From a virus (Duplodnaviria > Heunggongvirae > Uroviricota > Caudoviricetes), in the IMG/VR virus record IMGVR_UViG_2529292890_000002, positions 1 through 26,412 of that record: a stretch of 26,412 nucleotides of DNA. One strand, written 5' to 3'. A program made the position numbers and the translations under genes. The notes beneath the pieces are model-generated. The model did no database searches. It worked only from the letters and a program-made list of their open reading frames with translations, and was not told the origin of the DNA. The stretch's first letter is position 1. Every line of letters starts with the position of its first letter. Positions 7,196 to 15,802 of the stretch are shown piece by piece.

Positions 7196-8194
7196 ATGAC
7201 GAACCATAATCAGATGAGTCAGATATATTCTAAATTCGGCCGGGCCGGGTTTAATCTCTCTTACATCCGCAGGTTGTTGCCTGACTGGTGGGATGAGAAG
7301 CTTGCTGACACCCCATCAGGGCGCCAGTATGCGTGCCTGCACCTTGCGCGTATGTTTAGCATTCTCCCGGATAGCCTGAAAGATGGTAGCGAAGGGGTAT
7401 GCTTTAATTTTGGTGGAAACCATAAATATAAACATCGCCAAAATGTAGCCGAGAACGATTTAGATATCGCTACTGCTGTTGCCTATACTGCGGCCGGTAT
7501 TGTCGCGTCTAATTTCAAAGTCCCTTACGATGCCAGTGCAGTGCTGGATCCTTTGGCTATAAGAACCCAGATTCTTACTAAGGAATCATGGGTATCGCTA
7601 GATAGCCTGGTAACATACTGTCATTCGATTGGCATTCCTGTTGTTTATCTAAAATGCTTCCCTCAAGCTGCCAAAAAAATGGCCGGGCTGGCGCTAATGA
7701 GTCACGGGCGCCCGGTGATTGTTCTTACTCAGCCTCAGAAATATGGCTATATGCTGTTTGATCTCGCGCATGAGTTAGGCCATATCGCCAGAGGGCATCT
7801 GAACGCAGAAAACGGGCAGTGCCATATTGATGCAAAAATTGAGAATGCTTCGACGGACAACGTAGAGAAAGAAGCCAACGAATTCGCCTTCCAGGTCATT
7901 TCGGGGCAGAAGTCTTTACGTATCGTTCCTACCGCTGGCAGGTTGAATGGGCCTGGTTTGGCTCGCGCGGCTCAAAAGTTTGGAAGTGATAATCACATTG
8001 ACCCGACTCACATCGCTTTAAATTATGGTTTCGCGCAGAACTGCTGGGGCGCTGCTGTTAACGCTGTTAAAGCACTCTGTGCTGGTGAAGACTCAGATCA
8101 GGATTTTGTGAGGGCCATGATGAAAAGCGGGATGGATTTAGAAAATATCCACGAAGATGATCTTAAGGTTTTAGAAAATCTAATCGGGGAATAA
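7196..8194 (+). CDS. Cargo protein with ImmA/IrrE-type (M78-like) HEXXH metallopeptidase motif; N-terminal ~180 aa of unknown function
   Basis: Strong SD AGGAGG 5 nt before ATG; motif MLFDLAHELGHIARGHL; AT-rich by eye; own upstream promoter-like sequence. Confidence 0.6.
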   Translation: MTNHNQMSQIYSKFGRAGFNLSYIRRLLPDWWDEKLADTPSGRQYACLHLARMFSILPDSLKDGSEGVCFNFGGNHKYKHRQNVAENDLDIATAVAYTAAGIVASNFKVPYDASAVLDPLAIRTQILTKESWVSLDSLVTYCHSIGIPVVYLKCFPQAAKKMAGLALMSHGRPVIVLTQPQKYGYMLFDLAHELGHIARGHLNAENGQCHIDAKIENASTDNVEKEANEFAFQVISGQKSLRIVPTAGRLNGPGLARAAQKFGSDNHIDPTHIALNYGFAQNCWGAAVNAVKALCAGEDSDQDFVRAMMKSGMDLENIHEDDLKVLENLIGE

Positions 8195-8197
8195 TAA

Positions 8198-8836
8198 GTG
8201 ATTGTTCTTTCTGACAATGATGTCATTTTGAAGCTGGCCCAGTGCAATCTGTTATCACAACTGCCAGTGGTTTTTAACCAACCCCCCGAACAGATCTTCA
8301 TTAACCCTGCTGCTCGTTTTCAGCTTCTGCCGAAAAATCCTGATAAAGCAATCAGGAAGTGTGGTAGCCAGGTTGTTTACGAGCAGGTGGGAGCCTTCAT
8401 TGAATCTGTACAGGATATCCCGGAAGTTCAGGACTCACAGCTTATTGAGCTTTTGGGGAGTGTGCCCGGAATTGATGTAGGCGAACAGCTATTGCTTGCC
8501 TCGTGCATAGAGAACCCAGAAGCCATTTTCATGACTGGTGATCGCCGCTGTTTGACTGCAATTGTTGCAAACCAACCGGCCCTTTCCGTGATTCATCAGC
8601 GTTTACTGGATGCAGTTGTTACCTTTGAGTCGTCACTTTTGTTATGTGTCCACGGTACAGATCAGGCTCAAGTTTATGAAAATTTGGTGAGCAATCCTAA
8701 ACCTGACGGCATGTTGAAATTGGCTCTTTCAAACGCTGGCGCTGCAATGTGCGAATGTATCTTTTCCCATACTCGTGAGTTTTACGATTACCTTGCCTTC
8801 AAAGATCGACTTCCTGATCGGGAGTGGGGAAGGTAA
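8198..8836 (+). CDS. Cargo partner protein of unknown function (possible PIN-like fold, speculative)
   Basis: GTG start 3 nt after the upstream stop with GGGGA upstream; 212 aa; N-terminal IVLSDNDVILKL plus later acidic residues (IDVGEQ, FMTGDRR) loosely resemble PIN nucleases; followed by a terminator. Confidence 0.5.
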   Translation: MIVLSDNDVILKLAQCNLLSQLPVVFNQPPEQIFINPAARFQLLPKNPDKAIRKCGSQVVYEQVGAFIESVQDIPEVQDSQLIELLGSVPGIDVGEQLLLASCIENPEAIFMTGDRRCLTAIVANQPALSVIHQRLLDAVVTFESSLLLCVHGTDQAQVYENLVSNPKPDGMLKLALSNAGAAMCECIFSHTREFYDYLAFKDRLPDREWGR

Positions 8837-8842
8837 AAAATT

Positions 8843-8866
8843 AAGGGCTAACAAAGCCCTTTTTTA
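8843..8866 (+). terminator. Rho-independent terminator closing the cargo operon
   Basis: Stem AAGGGCT (8843-8849), loop AACAA, stem AGCCCTT (8855-8861), then a T-run (8860-8865); A-run upstream could allow bidirectional function. Confidence 0.6.
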
Positions 8867-8890
8867 TTGCGCCAAAAACACTGCAAAAAA

Positions 8891-8980
8891 TTGCACATAA
8901 ATGCACAAATATTTCGGCATTCGTATTATCACGACAGGCCAGACGGGGCGGGCCTTCCGGTGGTTTGCACATTTGCACAA
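8891..8980. repeat. Two copies of a TTGCACA-N-TGCACAA motif (8891-8908 and 8965-8980) flanking the cos-like site; candidate packaging or regulatory protein sites
   Basis: Seen directly: TTGCACATAAATGCACAA and TTGCACATTTGCACAA. Confidence 0.4.
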
Positions 8981-9002
8981 AAAAGCGGGGTTTCTGCGTG
9001 CG

Positions 9003-9021
9003 GGCGAGGCGGGGGAATGAG
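9003..9021. other. Probable cos (cohesive-end) site
   Basis: GGCGAGGCGGGGGAATGAG matches the start of the P2 cos sequence (GGCGAGGCGGGGAAAGCAC, recalled from memory); position between the cargo and Q is as in P2. Confidence 0.5.
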
Positions 9022-9231
9022 CGCGCGCTGAGGGGTGGGATAGGGTCGGTATTATCTGCGCCGATTTTCGCGCCGCTGCGCCTCGCTGCTGCGTCGTTTT
9101 CGGTTCGCTGTGGTGGTTTGAGGCAAAAGAAAAGCCCCTGCCAGCGGGCTGCTGAGGGGCTTACGTGCGGTGTGGTCAGTTGCGGCCGTGCTGGCCGTTC
9201 CACGGTGGTGGTGGGTGTGTCCGGGCTGGCG

Positions 9232-10281
9232 TCAGATTGCTGCCTGCAACAGTGCGTAAGGGTTGAAGCGCACCACGTCGATCCCCAGCCAGTCGTTTAA
9301 CTCTTTCAGGCTTTCTTGTATCGGGGCCAGTTCGTTGATGGAAAACACCTTCGCCGCTTTCTCTACGTCGCCGAAGCCACCGGAGTTATTCGGCATTACC
9401 CCCATCAGAACGGGCGGCACGCGGTGCGCGGCTAACAGGTCGTCGCGGGTGGCGTCTTTGATGCCGGTAAACTCATCCTTCGCCGCCACCTGGCTGAACG
9501 GCATAATTTGCAGGCCGTCTTTTTTCCCGCCCGCCGCGTAGACAAACAGGTTTTTAAAAGCACCGTTGCCGCGTGCATCTTTCAGCGACTTCTTAAGCTT
9601 TTCCACATCGTTATTATTCGCCACCGGGTCAGTGAGGTAGACGATCACACCCGCATGACTGCCGTTAATGTAGTAGTTGCGGCGGAACACCGTTGCTTCA
9701 CCGTTCAGCATGGCGCTTTGTAGCGCGGCCAGATATTCCGGCGCGCCGTAGATCTCCTGGTGCGGGCTGGGGTTCTTGATCTGGCAGACGCTGCCCGGTT
9801 CGAACGCGTGATCGTCAACGTAGCGCGGAACAAACCAGAATTGAGCCGGGTCTATGCCGCGACGCGTATATTTCGCTTGGCTGTGCCGCAGTTCAATCGG
9901 CTGGCCGAGTCGGTTGCGGCGGCATTCCATGTAACAGTTACCGAAAATTAAATAATCCTGCACCCAGGCGGTGAACTCCTGCCGGGTCAATAGCGGGTGT
10001 GGTATGTAGCAACTGGCGATAACATTGCGTTTAAATATCAGCGGTGACTGGTGATAGGCGGCAACGTCGAACATGCGCGCAAGCCCGTAGGGGCTGATCG
10101 GTGGTTCATACCAGCGGCCATTGTTATGGCATTCGAGGCACTCCATAAGAGACGCGCGATCGTTGACTGCGATCGGGTCGCCAAAGCTGAAAGATTCCAC
10201 GCTTTCCAGCGGGGTGGCTGCGTTGCTGGCCGTGCTGGCTGGCGCAGCAGTTGGCGCCCTGAATTTCTTTTTGCCGCTCAA
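9232..10281 (-). CDS. Q: Portal protein (P2 gpQ-like)
   Basis: 349 aa directly downstream of P on the same strand; first codon is TTG next to the P stop; overall resemblance to P2 portal as recalled. Confidence 0.85.
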   Translation of the reverse strand: MSGKKKFRAPTAAPASTASNAATPLESVESFSFGDPIAVNDRASLMECLECHNNGRWYEPPISPYGLARMFDVAAYHQSPLIFKRNVIASCYIPHPLLTRQEFTAWVQDYLIFGNCYMECRRNRLGQPIELRHSQAKYTRRGIDPAQFWFVPRYVDDHAFEPGSVCQIKNPSPHQEIYGAPEYLAALQSAMLNGEATVFRRNYYINGSHAGVIVYLTDPVANNNDVEKLKKSLKDARGNGAFKNLFVYAAGGKKDGLQIMPFSQVAAKDEFTGIKDATRDDLLAAHRVPPVLMGVMPNNSGGFGDVEKAAKVFSINELAPIQESLKELNDWLGIDVVRFNPYALLQAAI

Positions 10282-11994
10282 TTAAAACTCCTCCACAAAA
10301 CTGCCGTTATCGCCGGTCACTTCCGCGCCGATCGGTTCGTTGTAAATGCCCTGCATAGTTGCCCATGCCAGATCGCCGTGATTGCTGCCACGGGCGCGAT
10401 CTGACTGGTAGGTAATAACGCCGCCAGCGGTGACTTTACGCACGGTCATAAACGACTGTGCGAGATCCATCATTCCGGCGTCGAACTCAAAGCGCCCGGC
10501 GCGAATGACCATCAACATTTTGAGCACCATCGACCGCTTAAGAACCGGTGAATAGTTGTATTTAACCGCCTGCGGGAAGAACTTGATCACCAGTTGATAA
10601 ACCGCATCGCCGATCCCCGTGCCGTCGATAGCAATGTGCTGCACGTTGTAGCGGGTGGTGATCTCTTTAATAAAATTGGCCTGCTCTTCGTACTCCATGC
10701 CGCGTAACTGGTGGCGCTCTACCGCGCGGAACTTACCACCCGGCACGGCTGGCGGGGCCAGCACAACCAGACCGGCGCTGTCGCCTTTGCCGCTGCTGCC
10801 GTTGGGGTCATAGCTAACCCAGACAGGGCGATTACCCAGCGGGCGGGGTGCAAACGGGTTCCAGTCCGGCCACGCGTCCGGCATGTAGCCATCAACGCCG
10901 CAGCCCAGAATTGCGTTGTAGTCGAAGGCGCGTTCCCCGGCTTTAACGAACATGCAGCCGTACAGGTTGGCGTATTCGTCGGGGGAGTTTTCGTTACGGA
11001 TTTCATCGGTATCAACCAGATCGAAGCCGAGCTTCACGGCGTCTTCCAGCGTGACTATCTGGCGCCAGATGTTATCCCCGCATAGCTTGCCGTTTTTTAG
11101 TGCCTTATAACTGGTGTCGATATCCACCCGATCGGAGCGGCGGCGGTTTTTATTGAACTGATCGCCAGTCCAGAAGGGATAGGCTTCATGTTCTTCACTG
11201 GAAGGCGTCGAAAAGTAGGTGCGGCGCAGTCCTTTTTGTGTCGCCATGCCTGCGGCCACTGAGCGCAGTTTGATGAAATTACTGATCCAGAAGGCTTCAT
11301 CAAGGTACAGATCGCCGGTGTAGCTCTGGGCCGTCGCGGCGGAGGTGCCGAGAAAATACAGGATCGCACCGTTGCTTAACTCAATGGCATCACCGCCCTT
11401 AAGTTCTACTCCTATTTCCCTTGCCAGCTTCTGAATGAACCGCTTGAACTGGAACGCCTGGGCGCGGCTGGCTGACAGGAATATCTGGTTATTTCCGGTT
11501 TCCAGCGCACGCAACAGCGCTTCGCGGGCAAAGTACCAGGTGGCACCAATCTGACGCGATTTGAGGATAAAGCGGTTACGCCGGTTCCACTGTTTGAACC
11601 AGCGTTTTTGATGCTCGTAGAGCGAATCAAAGACCAGGGCGCGAAGCTGGGTTATCTGTTCTTCGGTGAAATGGTTTTTCGGGGTCTTCGCCTTCTTCTC
11701 TTTCTCCTGGTCGCGTCGCTCATGCCGTTCAAAGCGGTCAAGCTGGCGCGCCAGCAGGTCAATTTCTTTGAAGTCCTTCGGGGTTTTGTCGTCCTTTTCC
11801 ACCAGGCGCAGGTAACGAACGTGTGTGCGATCCTGCACCCGTTGCATGGGGGTGGCTTTATCCCATTCGTAGCGGCGGCGCCAACTGTAGATCGTGTTAA
11901 TGCTCACCCCGATTTCCTTAGAAATCTGAGTGATGCTAAACGCCTGCCAGTAGAGGCTTTTGGCTTTTGTGCTGAGGTCTTCGGCTGTATTCAT
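10282..11994 (-). CDS. P: Terminase large (ATPase) subunit (P2 gpP-like)
   Basis: 570 aa with ATG start; Walker-A-like KSRQIGATWYF; divergent from the O operon as in P2. Confidence 0.9.
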   Translation of the reverse strand: MNTAEDLSTKAKSLYWQAFSITQISKEIGVSINTIYSWRRRYEWDKATPMQRVQDRTHVRYLRLVEKDDKTPKDFKEIDLLARQLDRFERHERRDQEKEKKAKTPKNHFTEEQITQLRALVFDSLYEHQKRWFKQWNRRNRFILKSRQIGATWYFAREALLRALETGNNQIFLSASRAQAFQFKRFIQKLAREIGVELKGGDAIELSNGAILYFLGTSAATAQSYTGDLYLDEAFWISNFIKLRSVAAGMATQKGLRRTYFSTPSSEEHEAYPFWTGDQFNKNRRRSDRVDIDTSYKALKNGKLCGDNIWRQIVTLEDAVKLGFDLVDTDEIRNENSPDEYANLYGCMFVKAGERAFDYNAILGCGVDGYMPDAWPDWNPFAPRPLGNRPVWVSYDPNGSSGKGDSAGLVVLAPPAVPGGKFRAVERHQLRGMEYEEQANFIKEITTRYNVQHIAIDGTGIGDAVYQLVIKFFPQAVKYNYSPVLKRSMVLKMLMVIRAGRFEFDAGMMDLAQSFMTVRKVTAGGVITYQSDRARGSNHGDLAWATMQGIYNEPIGAEVTGDNGSFVEEF

Positions 11995-12040
11995 GGCAAC
12001 AGGCTATCGCGCTCGCGCGCGCAACAATATCGCCGCTTGT

Positions 12041-12058
12041 TGTCGCCTGAGTCCGACA
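12041..12058. promoter_or_regulatory. TGT-N12-ACA dyad (Ogr/Delta-type late activator site) in the P/O divergent region
   Basis: TGT CGCCTGAGTCCG ACA, part of the inverted repeat TTGTCG-N8-CGACAA, about 100 bp upstream of the O start. Confidence 0.5.
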
Positions 12059-12147
12059 AAGTGAAGGCTTTGCGCCTTCAGGCTGCAAAGGGAATGATTG
12101 GGGCACTGGTTAATATCAATCGCTTACCAACCCGGAGCTTTGTCACC

Positions 12148-12993
12148 ATGCCAATGACAAATTTTTTCCGCGTCGCAGTCGAAGGCGCAACCTGTGATGG
12201 CCGCGTGCTGGAACGTCAGCACATTATCGAAATGGCCGAGCAGTACGATCCCCAGGTCTATGGCGCCCGCGTCAATCTGGAACACATTTTAGGCTGGTCT
12301 CCAAACAGTGATTTTCGTGCTTACGGCGACGTTGCTGAAACGAAATATGAAGAAATCGCCGAAGGCCAGTTAAAGGGCAAGTTGGCGCTTCTGGTGAAGG
12401 TGGACGCCACGGATGAACTGGTCGAACTGAAGAAGAAACGCCAGAAAATCTACCATAGCATTGAGGTGCATCCGTCCTTTGCCGACACCGGCAAAGCCTA
12501 CCTTATGGGACTGGCCTGTACCGATAACCCGGCAAGCCTGGGCACCGAAATGATGAAGTTTTGCACCCAGAACGCCAGCGCCAACCCACTGGCCGCGCGT
12601 CACTACGCACCTGAATGCTTCTTCACTGAAACCCTGGAATCATCCCTCGAATTTGCGCAGGAAGAGCCGCCAGCTTCCGACACCGGGAAGAATTTCTTTT
12701 CCCGTATCAAGGAAATGCTGACCGGAACCCGCCAGCACTTCGATCGTGAAAATGGCGATATCCGCCAGGCGGTTGAACTGGTAGCGGAAAGTCAGGGTGA
12801 ATTGCTGGACAAGATGGAAAAACTGAGCGCAGGGCAGCTTAAGAACAAGCAGACCGCCGAAGCGGTGGATAAGTTGCGCTCTGAGTTCGACGAGATGAAA
12901 GCGCAGCTTTCTACCCAGGACGCCAGCAAATACCGCCGCCCGGAAGCGACCGGCGCAACTGAAAAATCTAACGCCCAGCTTGCTGACTGCTGA
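12148..12993 (+). CDS. O: Capsid scaffolding protein (P2 gpO-like)
   Basis: Start at ATG 12148 (GGAG 10 nt upstream), in frame within the longer track ORF; N-terminus FFRVAVEGATCDGRV...NLEH resembles P2 gpO as recalled. Confidence 0.85.
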   Translation: MPMTNFFRVAVEGATCDGRVLERQHIIEMAEQYDPQVYGARVNLEHILGWSPNSDFRAYGDVAETKYEEIAEGQLKGKLALLVKVDATDELVELKKKRQKIYHSIEVHPSFADTGKAYLMGLACTDNPASLGTEMMKFCTQNASANPLAARHYAPECFFTETLESSLEFAQEEPPASDTGKNFFSRIKEMLTGTRQHFDRENGDIRQAVELVAESQGELLDKMEKLSAGQLKNKQTAEAVDKLRSEFDEMKAQLSTQDASKYRRPEATGATEKSNAQLADC

Positions 12994-13033
12994 TCGCCGT
13001 CAGTAACGAAGGAACAGTACAGGAAAAATAACT

Positions 13034-14080
13034 ATGCGTAATTCTACCCGTGAATTGTTTGATGCGTATCTTGAGCGACAGGCCGAACTCAATCACATCA
13101 ACAAATCCCACGTAACAAAGGCGTTCAGCATTGATCCGAGCGTTGAGCAGACGCTTGAAGACAAAGTGCAACAGTCTTCTGAAATGTTGAAGAAGATTAA
13201 TATCTACGGCGTTAACGATCAGTCCGGTGAAAAAATCGGTCTGGGTGTGAGCGGCCCGATCTCCAGCACCAACAATTCCACCACCGATCGCCGCCAGCCT
13301 GTTTCCGTCACGGCGCTGGATTCGAACAAATACACCTGTAATAAGGTGAACGCGGATACTTTCGCCTCTTATGCGCAGCTTGATGCCTGGGCTAAATTCC
13401 CGGATTTCCAGCAGCGACTGAGCAATCAGATCATTCAGCGTATCGCGCTTGACCGCATCATGATCGGCTTTAACGGAACCAGCTACGCGGATAAGTCCGA
13501 CCGCAACGCTAACCCGCTTTTGCAGGATTGTGGTATCGGCTGGCTGCAACAGTACCGCGCAAACGCGCCGCAACGAGTCATGAAAGATATCACCGTGACC
13601 AGCCGCGACGATTCCAACCAGGTGATCGCTAAAGGTGATTACGGTAACTACGATTCGCTGGTTTATGACGCGGTCAACTCACTGATGGACGAGTGGTACA
13701 AAGATTCGCCCAATCTGGTGGTGATCACTGGTCGTAACCTGACGGTTAGCCGTTCGTTCCCGATCATCAATGCCGTAAGCACCAATAACCCGAACTCCGA
13801 AGCGCTGGCCGGTCAGTTGATCGCATCGCGTAAGACGATCGGCAACCTGCCTTCGTTCATCGCGCCTTTCTTCCCTGATGGCAGCATGTTTATCACTTCG
13901 TGGGAGAACCTGTCGATTTACTGGCAGGAAGGTGCGCACCGCCGCCGCATTGTGGAAGAGCCGGAATATAACCGCGTCTCTACCTACAGTTCGTCAAATG
14001 ATGCCTATGTTGTTGAAGATTACGGCTTCGGCTGTCTGATCGAAGGCATTACCGCCGCCGAACCAGCACCGGCACCATAA
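13034..14080 (+). CDS. N: Major capsid protein (P2 gpN-like)
   Basis: 348 aa with ATG and AGGAA upstream; position after the scaffold gene; resemblance to P2 gpN as recalled. Confidence 0.9.
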   Translation: MRNSTRELFDAYLERQAELNHINKSHVTKAFSIDPSVEQTLEDKVQQSSEMLKKINIYGVNDQSGEKIGLGVSGPISSTNNSTTDRRQPVSVTALDSNKYTCNKVNADTFASYAQLDAWAKFPDFQQRLSNQIIQRIALDRIMIGFNGTSYADKSDRNANPLLQDCGIGWLQQYRANAPQRVMKDITVTSRDDSNQVIAKGDYGNYDSLVYDAVNSLMDEWYKDSPNLVVITGRNLTVSRSFPIINAVSTNNPNSEALAGQLIASRKTIGNLPSFIAPFFPDGSMFITSWENLSIYWQEGAHRRRIVEEPEYNRVSTYSSSNDAYVVEDYGFGCLIEGITAAEPAPAP

Positions 14081-14122
14081 ATCAGCGCAGGCCAGCTAAT
14101 TGCTGGCCGCTTTGGGGGCATC

Positions 14123-14971
14123 ATGTTGACACCTGCTCAACAACATTTTAACCGCGTGATGGCTGAACGCCGCCACACCAGCCGTGAGCCGTCGCAGCTT
14201 GAAATGACGGCCTACGAAACCATGCTTCACCGCCTGCGACTGGATAAAGCCCGTTTGAGCCGTGTCCAGTCCCAGAAGGCTAAAGCGGATTTAAAACGCG
14301 AACTGCTGCCGGATTACCAGCCGTGGATCGAAGGCGTACTTACGGCAGATTCCGGCCAGTCTGACGACGTGTTAACCACTATCATGATCTGGTGTTGTGA
14401 CTGCGGAAACATCGCCGAAGCCCTGCGAATTGGTCAGTACGTGTTGCGCCATAAGTTGCCGATGCCGGATCAGTATCGCCGCACCACCGCCACCGTACTG
14501 GTGGAAGAAATTTGCGATCCCGTCCTAGCTGCATTCAAAGCTAACCCAGCTGTTGCGCCGGTCGCCGCTGACCTGCTGGAAGCGTTACGGGGCTTAACCC
14601 TGAATGAAGATATGCCGGATGAGGTGCGCTCAAAGCTGCTTAAGGCGCTGGGGTATACGCTGCGCCTGACTGACAACGTTGAATCGCTTACCGCTGCGGT
14701 TGAATACCTGCGCCAGGCGGCAGTGTTGAACCCGAAAAAAGCAGGCGTAACCCGTGATATTGAGCTTCTGCAACGTGCGCTTAAGAAGTCCGGGCAACCT
14801 GCTGACGGTGACGGCGCAGACGCCAAGCCAGAAGCAAACAGCACCGAAACCCAGACGGCAACGCTGCCAGCCCAGCCAAAAGCGAAGCGGGAAACCAAAA
14901 AGCCCGCCGCTAAAAGCAAGCCGGCAGCGAAGAAAAGAACCACGACAGCCCGCCAGAAGGCGGCTTCATAA
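14123..14971 (+). CDS. M: Terminase small / endonuclease subunit (P2 gpM-like)
   Basis: 282 aa; KRELLPDYQPWIEGVL and DMPDEVRSKL resemble P2 gpM as recalled, including a Lys/Ala/Pro-rich basic C-terminal tail. Confidence 0.85.
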   Translation: MLTPAQQHFNRVMAERRHTSREPSQLEMTAYETMLHRLRLDKARLSRVQSQKAKADLKRELLPDYQPWIEGVLTADSGQSDDVLTTIMIWCCDCGNIAEALRIGQYVLRHKLPMPDQYRRTTATVLVEEICDPVLAAFKANPAVAPVAADLLEALRGLTLNEDMPDEVRSKLLKALGYTLRLTDNVESLTAAVEYLRQAAVLNPKKAGVTRDIELLQRALKKSGQPADGDGADAKPEANSTETQTATLPAQPKAKRETKKPAAKSKPAAKKRTTTARQKAAS

Positions 14972-15073
14972 CCGAACGTGCCCCCGCGCACCCAGGCGGC
15001 ACGGCAGGCGAAAACAGGCAACACCGCGTCTTCGTCCTGCCGTCCACCGCCTGACTTATACGGAGTAGAGATC

Positions 15074-15562
15074 ATGAGTCTGGTAGCCACTGAGCCAGTA
15101 CGGCCACCATCCGATCCAGTGCCTGATGATGGCGGCGCGAAGGTTGAAAGCCTGCCATTCTGGCCGGTCATTTCGCTGGCTGAACTACGCCGCGCGATGC
15201 GTCTTGATGGGCAGGTGACAACCGATCGCCTGATGTCGCGAACGGTGGAAGCGGTGGCCCATGTTAATGATCAGCTTTTCCTGTGGCGCCAGGTGCAGAT
15301 TGATGCGGGATATCAGGCATTGGCAGAAATTCCGGCAAGTCCGGTGAATGGCATTTCCGTGAAGGTATGGCGCTATAAAAACGCCGTGTATTCACTCACT
15401 AAGGCGCTGTTAATTGAAGGCTACCGCGATATTGACACCACCAGTAAAGGCGAAGACCACGCGGCGGCATTAAGCACGCAGATCGATACGCTGTGGCGGG
15501 ATGTGCGCTGGTCAATCCGTGATATCCAGGACGAAAGCCGGGGCCTGGCGGAGTTGGTGTAA
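15074..15562 (+). CDS. L: Head completion / stabilisation protein (P2 gpL-like)
   Basis: Start at ATG 15074 (GGAG upstream), in frame within track ORF 14978..15562; stop overlaps the X start (TAATG). Confidence 0.8.
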   Translation: MSLVATEPVRPPSDPVPDDGGAKVESLPFWPVISLAELRRAMRLDGQVTTDRLMSRTVEAVAHVNDQLFLWRQVQIDAGYQALAEIPASPVNGISVKVWRYKNAVYSLTKALLIEGYRDIDTTSKGEDHAAALSTQIDTLWRDVRWSIRDIQDESRGLAELV

Positions 15563-15762
15563 TGAACGTTCAGGCGCAGCAAAACGACACAATCGACCTG
15601 CTTTGCTGGCGCTATTACGGCAGAACAGCAGGCGTTACCGAGGCGGTGATCGATGCCAATAAGGGCATTTCCGCCGCCACTGAGTTGCAGGCCGGGCAGA
15701 TTGTTTACCTGCCAGAGATCCAGCCGCCAGCCCAGCGGGAAACCGTGCAGCTATGGGATTGA
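15562..15762 (+). CDS. X: Tail protein X (P2 gpX-like)
   Basis: 66 aa; WRYYGRTAGVTEAV...LPEIQ...VQLWD resembles P2 gpX as recalled. Confidence 0.75.
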   Translation: MNVQAQQNDTIDLLCWRYYGRTAGVTEAVIDANKGISAATELQAGQIVYLPEIQPPAQRETVQLWD

Positions 15763-15802
15763 TTAAAAATGAATAATTCAGAGGATTAAGCGGGGTGTAA
15801 GT

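Noticed and set aside
9188-9215. Possible Chi site (GCTGGTGG) in the GGTGGTGG-containing tract near cos
   Set aside because: The sequence reads ACGGTGGTGGTGGG and lacks the exact GCTGGTGG octamer; not called.
8841-9300. Track ORFs 8841..9203 (minus) and 8965..9300 (plus) in the interval between the cargo operon and Q
   Set aside because: The interval contains the cos-like site, repeat motifs and a GC-rich tract; the ORFs overlap each other and the Q 3' end, have Arg/Ala/Gly-biased composition and no SD. Treated as non-coding packaging region.
10711-12603. Antisense and off-frame ORFs within terminase P and scaffold O (10711..11085, 10719..11015, 11097..11369, 11412..11630, 12370..12603), and the long track ORF 11608..12993
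   Set aside because: Shadow ORFs inside confidently assigned genes. The 11608 start would run antisense through the P 5' end and the promoter region; the O start was placed at ATG 12148, which has a proper SD.
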